Shown here one piece after another: positions 1 to 9,594 of a stretch of 64,000 nt of DNA. Made by a program: the position numbers and the translations under genes. Origin of the DNA: Candidatus Aminicenantales bacterium (GTDB lineage: Bacteria > Acidobacteriota > Aminicenantia > Aminicenantales > Aminicenantaceae); the NCBI GenBank assembly GCA_046760305.1, contig JBHIDX010000003.1:2526-66525 (forward strand), read 5' to 3'. The notes under the pieces were generated by a model. That model was not told the origin of the DNA and did not search any database. It saw only the letters and a program-made list of their open reading frames with translations. Every line of letters begins with the position of its first letter. Position 1 is the first letter of the stretch.

Positions 1-1
1 G

Positions 2-1774
2 ACAATAGCCCGCCATCCTGTATCCTACAGCGACCTGGCTGTAGCATACAGAGCTGTATTTCACGCGGGTGATAACCCTGCTTTTGTCAGCCTTGACCCT
101 CATCCTGATCCGACAAAAGTAAAAGTGAGCTTTGGCGGATTTCTTGAAGACACGAGAATTGGCGAAGTAGTCCTGGAGGCAGATAAAAGATTCAAGACGA
201 TTTCTACTGGTCTTGACCCGAATTCCTATCTTGATATCAGAAAAGAGACCCGGAGTTTTGTCCCTTCTTTCTTCACTGTTTCAGAAAGAGACCTCCTTCC
301 CCGACCAGGAGAAACCTCGAAAGAATGGGAAGCAACACGATTCTGGTTTTATCCTGATTTAATCGAGCTCGAAACTGACCCTAACTTTGAATATGTAAAA
401 ATCATAAATCCTCAGTTCATGGCCGATGCTGAGCGGAGCAGACAAGATTTTACCAGCAAAGAGGAATTTGAAAGGCTTAAAAAAACCACTCTTTCACCCA
501 GTATCCGGAAGTGTATAGAACACTTAAACCAAAATTATGAAGAGTACACCAATGTTTATCCGGAAATCAAAGAACTCAATGTGGTGGGAAGGATAATGGG
601 AATTTGCAGCTGGCTCTTCCGGGCAAGTCCTGATTGGCTGGACCTTGACTCCCTCCTCTCCATAGATTTGCCAGAATGCCGGACAGAGAGGGAGAGAACA
701 AGAATGCTGGCTGTGACTTATGTCTCTTACCTATCGACAGAAAACCTTGAGGACAAGTACATAGTTGAGAATTCAAAGGTCGTCTACCTCACTCCCATCC
801 TGGATAAAAAAGTAGAGGAATATTTCAATGACTGGATAGACGTGGCAGAATTTCTCTGCTTTGCCAATAATGTTGATAAAAAATACTACCGCGAGTTCGA
901 AGCTGAGGCAAAAAAAATATACGAGGATTTTAAAACAGAGAAAGTTAAAAAATTAATAAAGACAGAGAACGATTTAAATGCCCTGGCAGATTTTGCGGCC
1001 ACAAAAATAGGCATTTCCTCGCCTAGGCTTATAAATGCTCTTAAGGCAGGAATAGAGGAGGACAAGGCAGAGCTTGCCCGCCTCAAAGAAAAAATCAATG
1101 AGGTAAAAGAAAAGCTTAAATCTGCCACAAGAGAGGAGATAGCTTCCTTGAGTAAAGAGTACAACAAGCTGGTTAAAGAACATAATTCTCTGGTCTCCTC
1201 CCTCAAGCGGGACCATGAAATTCTAAGGCAATTCCAGGTGAGAAGTCCGGTAACAGTGAGGATAACAGGAGGCGTCGAGCTGGGACCCAAGTATTTCAAG
1301 ATAAAGAAGACAAATACTAGCTCTGAACTTCAGCTCTTCAAGGAGATATCAAAAGAGGCAGAGGTTGAATGGGGTGAAGTTAAGGATAAAGGACAGTGGA
1401 TAAAAAGCAGAGCAGGACAGGGTTTTTCCTTCAATAATTACATCCCCAAGTACGAATGGACGACAGAGACATCCAAGCGTCTGGGAGATGAAAGTTTCCT
1501 CCATCTTGGCACGCCAGGAAAGCAGAATTACTGGTTTTCGAAAAATAACACTACCGGTGACTGGCAGGACCTGCTGCAGATTGACGAGGCGACCTATCAA
1601 GAAAGAAAGTACGAGGCCGCTACCCGAACAATTCTTATCTCAGTTTTCAAGGATAATAAGTACGAAGATTCGATTACAGGTAGAATGATCAGTCCGGGGA
1701 GAATTGTATTTTCAAAATATACGGGCCACAAACCTTCTTTGCCCCGGATACCTCCTGAATGGTGGATTAGATAA
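2..1774 (+). CDS. Hypothetical protein, 5'-truncated by the window edge; central coiled coil
   Basis: The frame of ORF 125..1774 is open back to base 2 (TIARHPVSYSDLAVAYRAVF...). Heptad-like segment LKAGIEEDKAELARLKEKINEVKEKLK. No family recognised with confidence. Confidence 0.8.
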   Translation, partial: TIARHPVSYSDLAVAYRAVFHAGDNPAFVSLDPHPDPTKVKVSFGGFLEDTRIGEVVLEADKRFKTISTGLDPNSYLDIRKETRSFVPSFFTVSERDLLPRPGETSKEWEATRFWFYPDLIELETDPNFEYVKIINPQFMADAERSRQDFTSKEEFERLKKTTLSPSIRKCIEHLNQNYEEYTNVYPEIKELNVVGRIMGICSWLFRASPDWLDLDSLLSIDLPECRTERERTRMLAVTYVSYLSTENLEDKYIVENSKVVYLTPILDKKVEEYFNDWIDVAEFLCFANNVDKKYYREFEAEAKKIYEDFKTEKVKKLIKTENDLNALADFAATKIGISSPRLINALKAGIEEDKAELARLKEKINEVKEKLKSATREEIASLSKEYNKLVKEHNSLVSSLKRDHEILRQFQVRSPVTVRITGGVELGPKYFKIKKTNTSSELQLFKEISKEAEVEWGEVKDKGQWIKSRAGQGFSFNNYIPKYEWTTETSKRLGDESFLHLGTPGKQNYWFSKNNTTGDWQDLLQIDEATYQERKYEAATRTILISVFKDNKYEDSITGRMISPGRIVFSKYTGHKPSLPRIPPEWWIR

Positions 1775-1983
1775 ATTATTCCCTCAGCTTAATTATGGTC
1801 CGTTTCCACCTTTTTATCATAAATTTAATTCAGTTCTTGAGAAATCACTATAGCTCCTTGATTGCATTTAAGTTAAATAGTATTGCCGGCATTTCCGAGC
1901 TAATAGTTCAGGGTAAATGATAGAATTTCAGCCTTAAAAACTTATATGGATAAATTCATCTTTTATAAAAGAGGAGGCTTAGA

Positions 1984-4773
1984 ATGAGACCGAGACGTTT
2001 TTCACTCCTTTATTTTTTAACCATAATAATCCTTCTCGCCTCTTTGTTGTGTGCAGCAGAAACGGTAAGCTTTAACCTTGAAGAAGAAAACGGGATAAAG
2101 GTTTTCAGGCTAAAAAACGAAAAAATAGGCTGTGCCATCTTTTTTGCTGAAGCCAGGCTTGAGAAGGATAGTTACACAGCTCTCTCTCGTTGGGTTGCTG
2201 CTTTTAATAGACCTCAGTTCACAATTACAACCAGTGCTGATTTCGTACTCAACGTTATGTGGACAGGCTGGAGAGCGCCAGGAGAGGAGAATAATGCTGC
2301 CAATCCTGTTCTTTTTTCCAAAAAAGATTTCAAGCTGGAGGACTACAAGCTCAGAGAACTGCCGGGGGAGATAAAAGAGCTTGATCTCCTTTTCAGGCAC
2401 CGCTCTCCACAGTATGTTCATCTTGAAATTCGGCTCACATACAGACTCGAACCCGAATCATTCTTTGTTCGGCGAAAAGTTTCTGTCAGAGACAGGTCTC
2501 ATGGAGACCATTTTCTCAGGTGGCTCTGGCCCCTGAGAGCCGAGATTCAGGGTAAAACATCTATTGTCAAAAGAGGCGGATTCGGGCAGCCCGCTGCCTT
2601 ACGCACCAGTAAGGGAGGCGTTTTTTTTGGCCTTGAATATCCAGCTTCTGAAAATTCTCTGGAAAAAATCTCTAAGAAAATAACAGAGATTCAGTGCGGC
2701 CAGGAAATGGGTGAGATTATAAGGGATTCATGGCTTGAAAGCGAATGGGTCGTTACGGGCCTGGCCCCTGAGCCCTACTTGAAGCGCTGGTTTTTTCTCT
2801 ATCTTGACCGCATCCGCGTCGCTGAGATCCGCCCTTATCTTCTCTACAACAGCTGGTATGACCTTCGCGCCCCCGAGTATGTGGAGAACGAGGAAAGAGC
2901 GATGACAGAAAAAAACGTGCTCCGCACCATAGAAATTTTCCGCCACAGACTGTACCAGGAGCGAGGCCTTAGCCTTGATGCCTTTGTTCTAGATGACGGC
3001 TGGGATGTCTACCGCAGCGACTGGAAACTGAGCCCAAACCAGTTTCCGAGAGGGTTTACTCCAGTGGTAGATGCACTTAAGAGCATGGGCACAGAACTCG
3101 GCCTCTGGCTGGGGCCTATAGGCGGGTATTCACATCGAGAGTGGAGGGTGGGATGGATGCGTGAGCACGGTTACGAAACCGTGGGCAGCCAGATGTGTGT
3201 GGCTGGAAAAAATTACAGCAAACTTCTCAAGAAGAGAGTCGTTGACTTTGCCCGTAACGATAAAGTCCGCTACTACAAATGGGATGGAATTCAATTCAGC
3301 TGCAGCGAACCAGACCACGGCCATCTTCCAGGCATTTATTCGCGTCGTCAGGTGATGGAAAGTGTGACTGAGATGTGCCGGGCGGTGAGGAAAGTAAGCA
3401 AAGACATGTTCCTTAACATAACCTCAGGCACCTGGCTCAGTCCCTGGTGGCTTAAGTATGCCAACACCATCTGGATGCAGGGCGGAGATTACGGCTATGC
3501 AGACGTTCCTTCCATAAGCCGCAGGGACCAGGCTATAACCTACCGCGACAGTATACTGTATGAAGGTCTGAAAAAAATGGATGCCTGGTTTCCAGTGGCA
3601 AACCTTATGACCCACGGTATCATAAAAGGCCATCTCCAGATGCTGGGCGGAAAAAGAGAACCTCTGGATAAGTTTGTTGACAATTCCCTGCTTTATTTTG
3701 CCCGTGGCCCCTCCATGTGGGAGCTCTACATCTCGCCTGACCTCCTTTCAGAAAGCGAATGGGATGCACTGGCTGCAGCCATAAAGTGGGCACGCGACAG
3801 GTTTTCTGTGCTCAATTCCACCTGGATGGCCGGTGGCGACCCTGATGAGCGAAAAGCATACGCTTATCTTCATTTTAAGGAGAAGCGTGGTATCATTGCC
3901 TGCCGCAATCCATACATCGAACCTCAGACACTCAGAGTTGAACTTTCTCCCTCCTGGGGGCTTGACCCGGAGGCTTCTTCCCTTGTTGTGGAGAGAGTCT
4001 ATCCAACACGGATGATTCTACCCGGGTTAAAAAAATCAGGTTCGAGGCTAAATATTCCTCTCCAGGGATACGAAACAGCTATCTTTGAGCTCTATCCCCT
4101 TGAGGAAGCAAGGGAACCGCTGCTTGCCGGAGTGAGATTTGATGTCCTGTCATCAGAGAAGGGGAGGAGGATGGTTCTTTACGAGGTGGAAAAGCCGCCC
4201 CTGCTCCTCAATCCTGAGATAGTTGAAAAAGTATTCATCGCTGGAAAGGAATACAAGCCGGGAAAACTATCTTTGCCTCTCAGCAAACGCCTCGAACCTG
4301 TAAAAAATGTAAGTTTTAGTGAATTTGACGAAAGGAATAAAAGCACCATAAACATCCATTTTGACCTCGAAGAATTCACCACGGATGCTTTCTTGGCCTT
4401 GCTCCTGGAACGAGGTGAAAGAGCTCTGAGCGATAAGGACCCTGAGGTGGAGATTTATGTTGATGGCGAAAAGGTACTGCCCGGGGTTGTGCGCCGCAAA
4501 GGAAAATGGGGATGGTACCTGGTGAATGTTAGGTACGGAAAACGCTCGGCTCAGGTTCAGATAAAGCCTCCCCGAGGGATGAGTGAGTGGCGAGGAAAAG
4601 CATCAGTCTGGGTAGTGTGCCTGGTTGAATCCAAGGCAACAGAAGTTTTTTTGGAGACTGGAAGCGAAAATTTGATATTCCGCCCCATGCCACCCCGGCC
4701 ATGGCCACCTGGCTTTTCCAGAAGAAATGTGAAGTTGGGAGAGGTTGAGGTTGACTTAAGCTTAAAAAAATAG
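1984..4773 (+). CDS. Secreted alpha-galactosidase-like glycoside hydrolase (GH36/clan D-like)
   Basis: Signal peptide; YNSWYD, FVLDDGWD, GLWLGP and YYKWDG motifs typical of GH36/27 TIM barrels; GAGGAGG RBS. Confidence 0.75.
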   Translation: MRPRRFSLLYFLTIIILLASLLCAAETVSFNLEEENGIKVFRLKNEKIGCAIFFAEARLEKDSYTALSRWVAAFNRPQFTITTSADFVLNVMWTGWRAPGEENNAANPVLFSKKDFKLEDYKLRELPGEIKELDLLFRHRSPQYVHLEIRLTYRLEPESFFVRRKVSVRDRSHGDHFLRWLWPLRAEIQGKTSIVKRGGFGQPAALRTSKGGVFFGLEYPASENSLEKISKKITEIQCGQEMGEIIRDSWLESEWVVTGLAPEPYLKRWFFLYLDRIRVAEIRPYLLYNSWYDLRAPEYVENEERAMTEKNVLRTIEIFRHRLYQERGLSLDAFVLDDGWDVYRSDWKLSPNQFPRGFTPVVDALKSMGTELGLWLGPIGGYSHREWRVGWMREHGYETVGSQMCVAGKNYSKLLKKRVVDFARNDKVRYYKWDGIQFSCSEPDHGHLPGIYSRRQVMESVTEMCRAVRKVSKDMFLNITSGTWLSPWWLKYANTIWMQGGDYGYADVPSISRRDQAITYRDSILYEGLKKMDAWFPVANLMTHGIIKGHLQMLGGKREPLDKFVDNSLLYFARGPSMWELYISPDLLSESEWDALAAAIKWARDRFSVLNSTWMAGGDPDERKAYAYLHFKEKRGIIACRNPYIEPQTLRVELSPSWGLDPEASSLVVERVYPTRMILPGLKKSGSRLNIPLQGYETAIFELYPLEEAREPLLAGVRFDVLSSEKGRRMVLYEVEKPPLLLNPEIVEKVFIAGKEYKPGKLSLPLSKRLEPVKNVSFSEFDERNKSTINIHFDLEEFTTDAFLALLLERGERALSDKDPEVEIYVDGEKVLPGVVRRKGKWGWYLVNVRYGKRSAQVQIKPPRGMSEWRGKASVWVVCLVESKATEVFLETGSENLIFRPMPPRPWPPGFSRRNVKLGEVEVDLSLKK

Positions 4774-4923
4774 ACTTGGGCCAGCAAAGAAAAAGTGGAA
4801 AATTACCTGATGATAGATCGAGATTTTCTCAGCCGCCAAGAATTTTTGTGATTTAGTAGGTTGACATTCAGTTCCTCTAGAGTGAAAATACAGCAGGAAT
4901 AACAAAAATGTTAGGGGGAGAAA

Positions 4924-5199
4924 ATGAAATTTAACGTCATTCGCTTTGGCTGTGCCATCTCTTCTGTCTGGGGTCTGGTCGTCTTGTTCGTTGGAGTTGT
5001 AAATCTTTTCCGTTCAACCTATGGGATAGAGTTTCTCAAGCTGATTGATTCAATCTATCCCGGCTACCATTTAGGCAAATGGGGATTTGGCGGAGTTGTT
5101 GTAGCCACGCTCTACGCTGTTGTTTGCGGCTGGGTTATGGGCGTTATATTTGCTCTGATTTACAACTGTCTAACCAAGAAAAAAAGAGCCGAAGCCTAA
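4924..5199 (+). CDS. Small membrane protein (2 TM)
   Basis: 91 aa with two hydrophobic helices; GGGGAG RBS; TTGACA at 4861. Confidence 0.75.
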   Translation: MKFNVIRFGCAISSVWGLVVLFVGVVNLFRSTYGIEFLKLIDSIYPGYHLGKWGFGGVVVATLYAVVCGWVMGVIFALIYNCLTKKKRAEA

Positions 5200-5220
5200 G
5201 TTTCCCTCTTTGCCTCGCTC

Positions 5221-5250
5221 CTTGTAATGACTTTTGATGGTCATTACGAG
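5221..5250. other. Intergenic hairpin
   Basis: CTTGTAATGAC...GTCATTACGAG stem with no U-tail. Confidence 0.45.
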
Positions 5251-5306
5251 CCAAACGAGAAGTAATCCTTAGAAAAAATTTAAAGCACTGAAACCTAGGA
5301 AGGAGA

Positions 5307-7292
5307 ATGATGAAAAACTGCGCCAGAGGACTTTTGGTAATTTTTCTCTTTTCAACCTTTATTCATGGCGGGGAGCTGGCAGAGGTAACCTCTCCTGACA
5401 GAAGGATTTCGCTTCAGGTAAGCGTGGAAAGCTTTAGTTCTCCCTTTCCTCAGGGTGATTACCTTGCCTACAGCATCCACTTCCGCGGCCAAACAATTAT
5501 TAGCCCATCTCCTCTCCAGCTCTTACTCAAAGGAGCTCCTTCCATAGGTGCTGAAGTTGAAGTTATCGATAGGATTGAGAAGAGGATCAACGAAAGGACT
5601 GAGATTCACCACGGGAAAACAAGCTTCCTCCATAACTATGCCAGCGAAATTTGTCTAAGACTAAGGGAAAAAGAGGAGCCTCATCGTGAATTTCTTTTCA
5701 TAGCCCGGGCCTACAACGATGCTGTGGCTTTCAGGCTTCATTTTCCCCATCAGCCCGGGTTGGAACACGTGAACATAGAAGCGGAAAACACTTATATCCG
5801 TTCCCAACCAGGGACAGCATATGCTTTAATCCTTGACAGTTTCAACACAAGCTATGAAAACAACTATACTATTGCTCCTCTTGAGGAGTTGAGCCCGGAG
5901 AAACTGATTGGACTTCCTCTCCTGATAAAAACTCAACCCGGTCCCTGGCTTGCAATTGCAGAGGCAGACCTTGAAGACTATCCAGGCATGTATCTTTCTC
6001 TTCTTCAGAGTGAAGAGACAGCGCTTGTGAGCCGCCTTTCTCCTCTGCCTGGTGGAAATGGCCTCTGCGCCCGGATTAAAATGCCGCATGACCTTCCCTG
6101 GCGGGTGTTCATGATTGCTGACCACCCGGGGAGCATGATCGAGTCAGACACGATTATGAACCTTTCTGACCCCTCCAGGATAGAAAATCCGTGCTGGATA
6201 AAGCCCGGAAAAGCTGCCTGGCCATGGTGGTCAGGTAGGACAGTAAGGGGCCGGAAATTTCAGGGCGGCATGAACACCTCGACTATGAAATACTATCTGG
6301 ACTTTGCTGCTCAAGCAGGATTTGAATACCTCCTCATAGATGCTGGCTGGTATGGAGACCACAGGAGTGCAAAGGAAGATATCACCACCTGGATACCTGC
6401 CCTGGATCTGCCCCAGGTTCTCGGGTATGCTGAAATGAAAGGGGTGGGAATCGTACTCTGGCTCAACTGGGAGTGCCTCAAGGACCAGATGGAGAGAGCA
6501 TTTCCCCTTTATCAGGAATGGGGAGTGAAGGGTATCAAGGTGGATTACATGAACCGGGATGATCAGGAAATGGTAAACTTCTACAGGGAAATCTGTGAGA
6601 GAGCAGCCAGATGCCACCTTGTTGTTGATTTCCATGGAGCTTTCAAGCCCACAGGTCTGCGCCGAGTCTACCCCAACCTTCTCACCAGAGAAGGGGTTCT
6701 CGGCCTTGAATACAGTAAATGGAGTGAAAAGTGCTCTCCTGACCATGAGGTCGTAATTCCCTACACAAGGATGCTTGTCGGTCCCATGGATTTTACCCCC
6801 GGTGTTTTCAATGTCAGCAGCAGAGAGACCTTCAAGCCTCATTCAATCCCTCCCCTGGCTCAGGGGACACGGGCTCATCAGCTGGCAATGTATGTTGTGT
6901 ACGAAAGTCCCCTTCAGATGGTGGCTGACCACCCCGATTCAATTCTGGGACAGACAGGATTTGATTTTCTAAAGGCTGTTCCCACAGTGTGGGATGAAAC
7001 GCTTTTTGTGGGTGGAGTGGTCGGTGACTACATCATCCTCGCCCGAAGAAAGGGAGAAGAATGGTATGTGGGTGGAATGACAGGCTGGTCAGAGAAAAAT
7101 GTCAGCCTGCCCCTAACTTTTCTCAAACCAGGAAAATACATGGCCTCGATTTATTCTGACGCTTCAGGCGCTGAAAGTGATCCCACTCTCATTCATTTCA
7201 GAAGGATGGAGGTAAACAGAAGAGAGCTCCTTGATATTCATATGGCTCCAGGAGGCGGGTTTGCCATAAGGATAACACCCACCTGGGATTGA
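5307..7292 (+). CDS. Glycoside hydrolase family 97 (alpha-glucosidase/galactosidase), secreted
   Basis: WIKPGKAAWPWW, LIDAGWY, GVKGIKVDYM, DFHGAFKPTGL, REGVLGLE, GPMDFTPG and YVVYESPLQM motifs. Confidence 0.93.
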   Translation: MMKNCARGLLVIFLFSTFIHGGELAEVTSPDRRISLQVSVESFSSPFPQGDYLAYSIHFRGQTIISPSPLQLLLKGAPSIGAEVEVIDRIEKRINERTEIHHGKTSFLHNYASEICLRLREKEEPHREFLFIARAYNDAVAFRLHFPHQPGLEHVNIEAENTYIRSQPGTAYALILDSFNTSYENNYTIAPLEELSPEKLIGLPLLIKTQPGPWLAIAEADLEDYPGMYLSLLQSEETALVSRLSPLPGGNGLCARIKMPHDLPWRVFMIADHPGSMIESDTIMNLSDPSRIENPCWIKPGKAAWPWWSGRTVRGRKFQGGMNTSTMKYYLDFAAQAGFEYLLIDAGWYGDHRSAKEDITTWIPALDLPQVLGYAEMKGVGIVLWLNWECLKDQMERAFPLYQEWGVKGIKVDYMNRDDQEMVNFYREICERAARCHLVVDFHGAFKPTGLRRVYPNLLTREGVLGLEYSKWSEKCSPDHEVVIPYTRMLVGPMDFTPGVFNVSSRETFKPHSIPPLAQGTRAHQLAMYVVYESPLQMVADHPDSILGQTGFDFLKAVPTVWDETLFVGGVVGDYIILARRKGEEWYVGGMTGWSEKNVSLPLTFLKPGKYMASIYSDASGAESDPTLIHFRRMEVNRRELLDIHMAPGGGFAIRITPTWD

Positions 7293-7320
7293 AAAAAGCG
7301 CAAAGAGAGACAAAGCCTAA

Positions 7321-7762
7321 GAAGCATCTTTTTTTCCGTGATGATTATAAGAGGGTTATGAGAGTATGGTTATAGTATTATAAGAGTTATGAGAGTTTAT
7401 AAGAGATATGAGGGGGAGCATATAAGAATATAAGAGAAATATAAGAATATAAGAAAATAAGAGAATAAGAGGGGACGGGCCTCACTAATTTCAGTGTTAT
7501 CAGTAAGATAGATGCAAATATGAAGCCGATTTTATGCCTTAGACTTCATTTTTGGGGTCAAAAATGGGCTTTAAGGATTTTCTTAAAATCACTTCAAGTT
7601 TAAAATTGATTTTTGCCCTTAAAAATCGCATTTAAGGCCTTTTTTAGGGTTAAAATATTACGTAATTTGTTGATTATAAATAAATTGCTGCGGCCCGTCC
7701 CCTTTCTTCTTCTTTCTTCTTTTAATATTATGCTTGATTATCACGGAAAAAAAGATGCTTAC
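7321..7762. mobile_element. MITE-like non-autonomous element
   Basis: Perfect 21-bp inverted repeat AAGCATCTTTTTTTCCGTGAT (7322-7342 / 7740-7760); flanking direct repeat CAAAGCCTAA(G) at 7311-7320 and 7763-7772; AT-rich and non-coding. Confidence 0.7.
7345..7470 (+). repeat. Degenerate purine-rich tandem repeat (TATAAGAG/TATGAGAG-like units)
   Basis: More than 10 imperfect ATAAGA/ATGAGA units; only one C in about 125 nt. Confidence 0.8.
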
Positions 7763-7779
7763 CAAAGCCTAAGTTTCTC

Positions 7780-7808
7780 TTGCAAAAAAAGTCTTTAAAA
7801 GCTATCTT
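7780..7808 (+). promoter_or_regulatory. Putative sigma70 promoter for the NusG paralogue operon
   Basis: TTGCAA-17 bp-TATCTT, 38 nt upstream of the ATG, with a GGAGG RBS. Confidence 0.5.
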
Positions 7809-7846
7809 AGTTATCCCCATAAAATTTTTGGAGGAAATAACAGTTT

Positions 7847-8329
7847 ATGGAAAGCTGGTTCGTGCTAAATACCAAGCCCAAGAAAGAAGGTCAGGTAGAG
7901 AAACTATTCATCGAAGGGGGCTTCAGGATATACAACCCGAAATACCTCCATGACAACAAGATTAAGCCTTTCTTTCCTGGCTACGCCTTCATCTATTTTG
8001 ACTTCCCGGCCCAATACCAGACAGTACGCTATACCAGGGGAGTAAAAAAGGTAGTGGGCAACAGAGAGGGGCCGATTCCGATATCGGAAGAGATTATTAA
8101 CGGGATTAAGGCTCGAGAAGTAGACGGCTTGATCGAGCTCGAAAAATACGGCGAGGAGCCTGAAGTGGGAGATGAGATTGAAGTGGTAGAAGGTCCTCTC
8201 AGAGGACTTAGAGGTATATTTAAAAAAGAAATAAGCGATAAAGAAAGGGTGATGATTCTTCTCAATTATGTTTCTTACCAGGGAAAGGTCTTTATAGAGA
8301 AAAAAAAGTTGAAAAAAGTCCTCAAATAA
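7847..8329 (+). CDS. NusG paralogue antiterminator (RfaH/UpxY-like)
   Basis: NGN domain (WFVLNTKPKKE, PFFPGYAFI, YTRGV) plus KOW domain (GDEIEVVEGPLRGLRG). Confidence 0.9.
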   Translation: MESWFVLNTKPKKEGQVEKLFIEGGFRIYNPKYLHDNKIKPFFPGYAFIYFDFPAQYQTVRYTRGVKKVVGNREGPIPISEEIINGIKAREVDGLIELEKYGEEPEVGDEIEVVEGPLRGLRGIFKKEISDKERVMILLNYVSYQGKVFIEKKKLKKVLK

Positions 8330-9495
8330 TGATTCCTTTTCTCAATCTCCAAGCTCAGTACGAGCGAATAAAAGATGAAATTAACACCAAAGTGCTCGAG
8401 ATAATCAGCGCCCAGGAATTCGTGCTTGGCCAGGAAGTTGAATCTCTTGAGCAGGAAGTTGCCTCTTACAGCGGAGTAAAGTATGGAATAGGTGTGTCCT
8501 CAGGTACAGATGCCCTCATCATCTCTCTTATGGCCCTAGGGATAGAGGAGGGAGAGGGGGTAGTTACCTCCCCTTTCACTTTTTTCGCCACAGCAGGCTC
8601 AATAGCCAGGTTAAAAGCCCGCCCTCTTTTCTGTGATATTGAAGAAAAAAGTTTCAATCTCTCTCCTTTAAAGCTTGAGGAGTTTCTCAGAGAAGAGGTG
8701 GAAAAGCGCGGCAAGACGAGAATTAAAGCCATAATTCCTGTCCATCTCTTCGGACAGTGCGCTGAGATGGATCCCATCCTGTCCCTGGGTAAAAAATACA
8801 ACATTCCTGTCGTCGAAGACGCCTGCCAGTCGATTGGAGCAGAATATCCTTCAGAAGAAGGAGTAAAGAAAGCATCTGCCATGGGAAAAGCTGGTACCCT
8901 CTCTTTTTTCCCTTCCAAAAACCTCGGCGGATACGGCGACGGCGGAATGGTGCTCACCGATGACAGTGATTTTGCCCGCAAATTAAAGTTGCTGAGGGTT
9001 CACGGCTCAAAAGATGCTTACATCTATGAGTTTATCGGCGGAAATTTTCGTCTTGATGCACTTCAGGCTGCAGTGCTCAGGATTAAGCTCAGGTATGTTG
9101 AGAAATGGAACAAAGAGAGAATGGCAAGGGCGGAGTACTATGAACAGAGGTTCAAAGACAGGGGACTGTTGGATGAAGGATTCATCACTCTTCCTCAAGC
9201 GCTTTATAAGAAAAAAGTGGCCAACTATCATGTCTACCATCAGTATGTGATTCGGGCCCGGAGAAGGGATGCTCTCAAAGATTATTTGGAAAAAAATGGT
9301 GTAGCCAGCGCAGTTTACTACCCTCTCCCCCTCCACCTTCAGAAATGCTTTTCATTTCTTAACTATAAAAAAGGAGACTTTCCTCAATCAGAGAAGGCTT
9401 CCGAAGAAGTGCTTGCCCTGCCCATTTACCCGGAGCTGGGTTCAGACGAGCAGGAATACATAATCTCCTTAATCTATGATTTCTACCATAAATAA
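8329..9495 (+). CDS. DegT/DnrJ/EryC1/StrS PLP sugar aminotransferase
   Basis: SSGTDAL, PVHLFGQ, EDACQSIG and SFFPSKNLGGYGDGG motifs; coupled to the upstream gene (TAATG). Confidence 0.95.
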   Translation: MIPFLNLQAQYERIKDEINTKVLEIISAQEFVLGQEVESLEQEVASYSGVKYGIGVSSGTDALIISLMALGIEEGEGVVTSPFTFFATAGSIARLKARPLFCDIEEKSFNLSPLKLEEFLREEVEKRGKTRIKAIIPVHLFGQCAEMDPILSLGKKYNIPVVEDACQSIGAEYPSEEGVKKASAMGKAGTLSFFPSKNLGGYGDGGMVLTDDSDFARKLKLLRVHGSKDAYIYEFIGGNFRLDALQAAVLRIKLRYVEKWNKERMARAEYYEQRFKDRGLLDEGFITLPQALYKKKVANYHVYHQYVIRARRRDALKDYLEKNGVASAVYYPLPLHLQKCFSFLNYKKGDFPQSEKASEEVLALPIYPELGSDEQEYIISLIYDFYHK

Positions 9496-9594
9496 TCCAC
9501 CTTCTTACTGCAGTTCATGCTCTCCTTTCCATTCCTCCAGCAGCAGGCATTCCTTTCCATCGGCACATCTCTCCCTTTCAACAAACTATTTTGC

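Noticed and set aside
7345-7470. Tandem units as a CRISPR array
   Set aside because: The units are 7-10 bp and degenerate, with no unique spacers and no cas genes.
9484-9594. Short minus-strand ORFs and a CCTTTCCAT duplication between convergent genes
   Set aside because: Too short and low in complexity, with no supporting signal.
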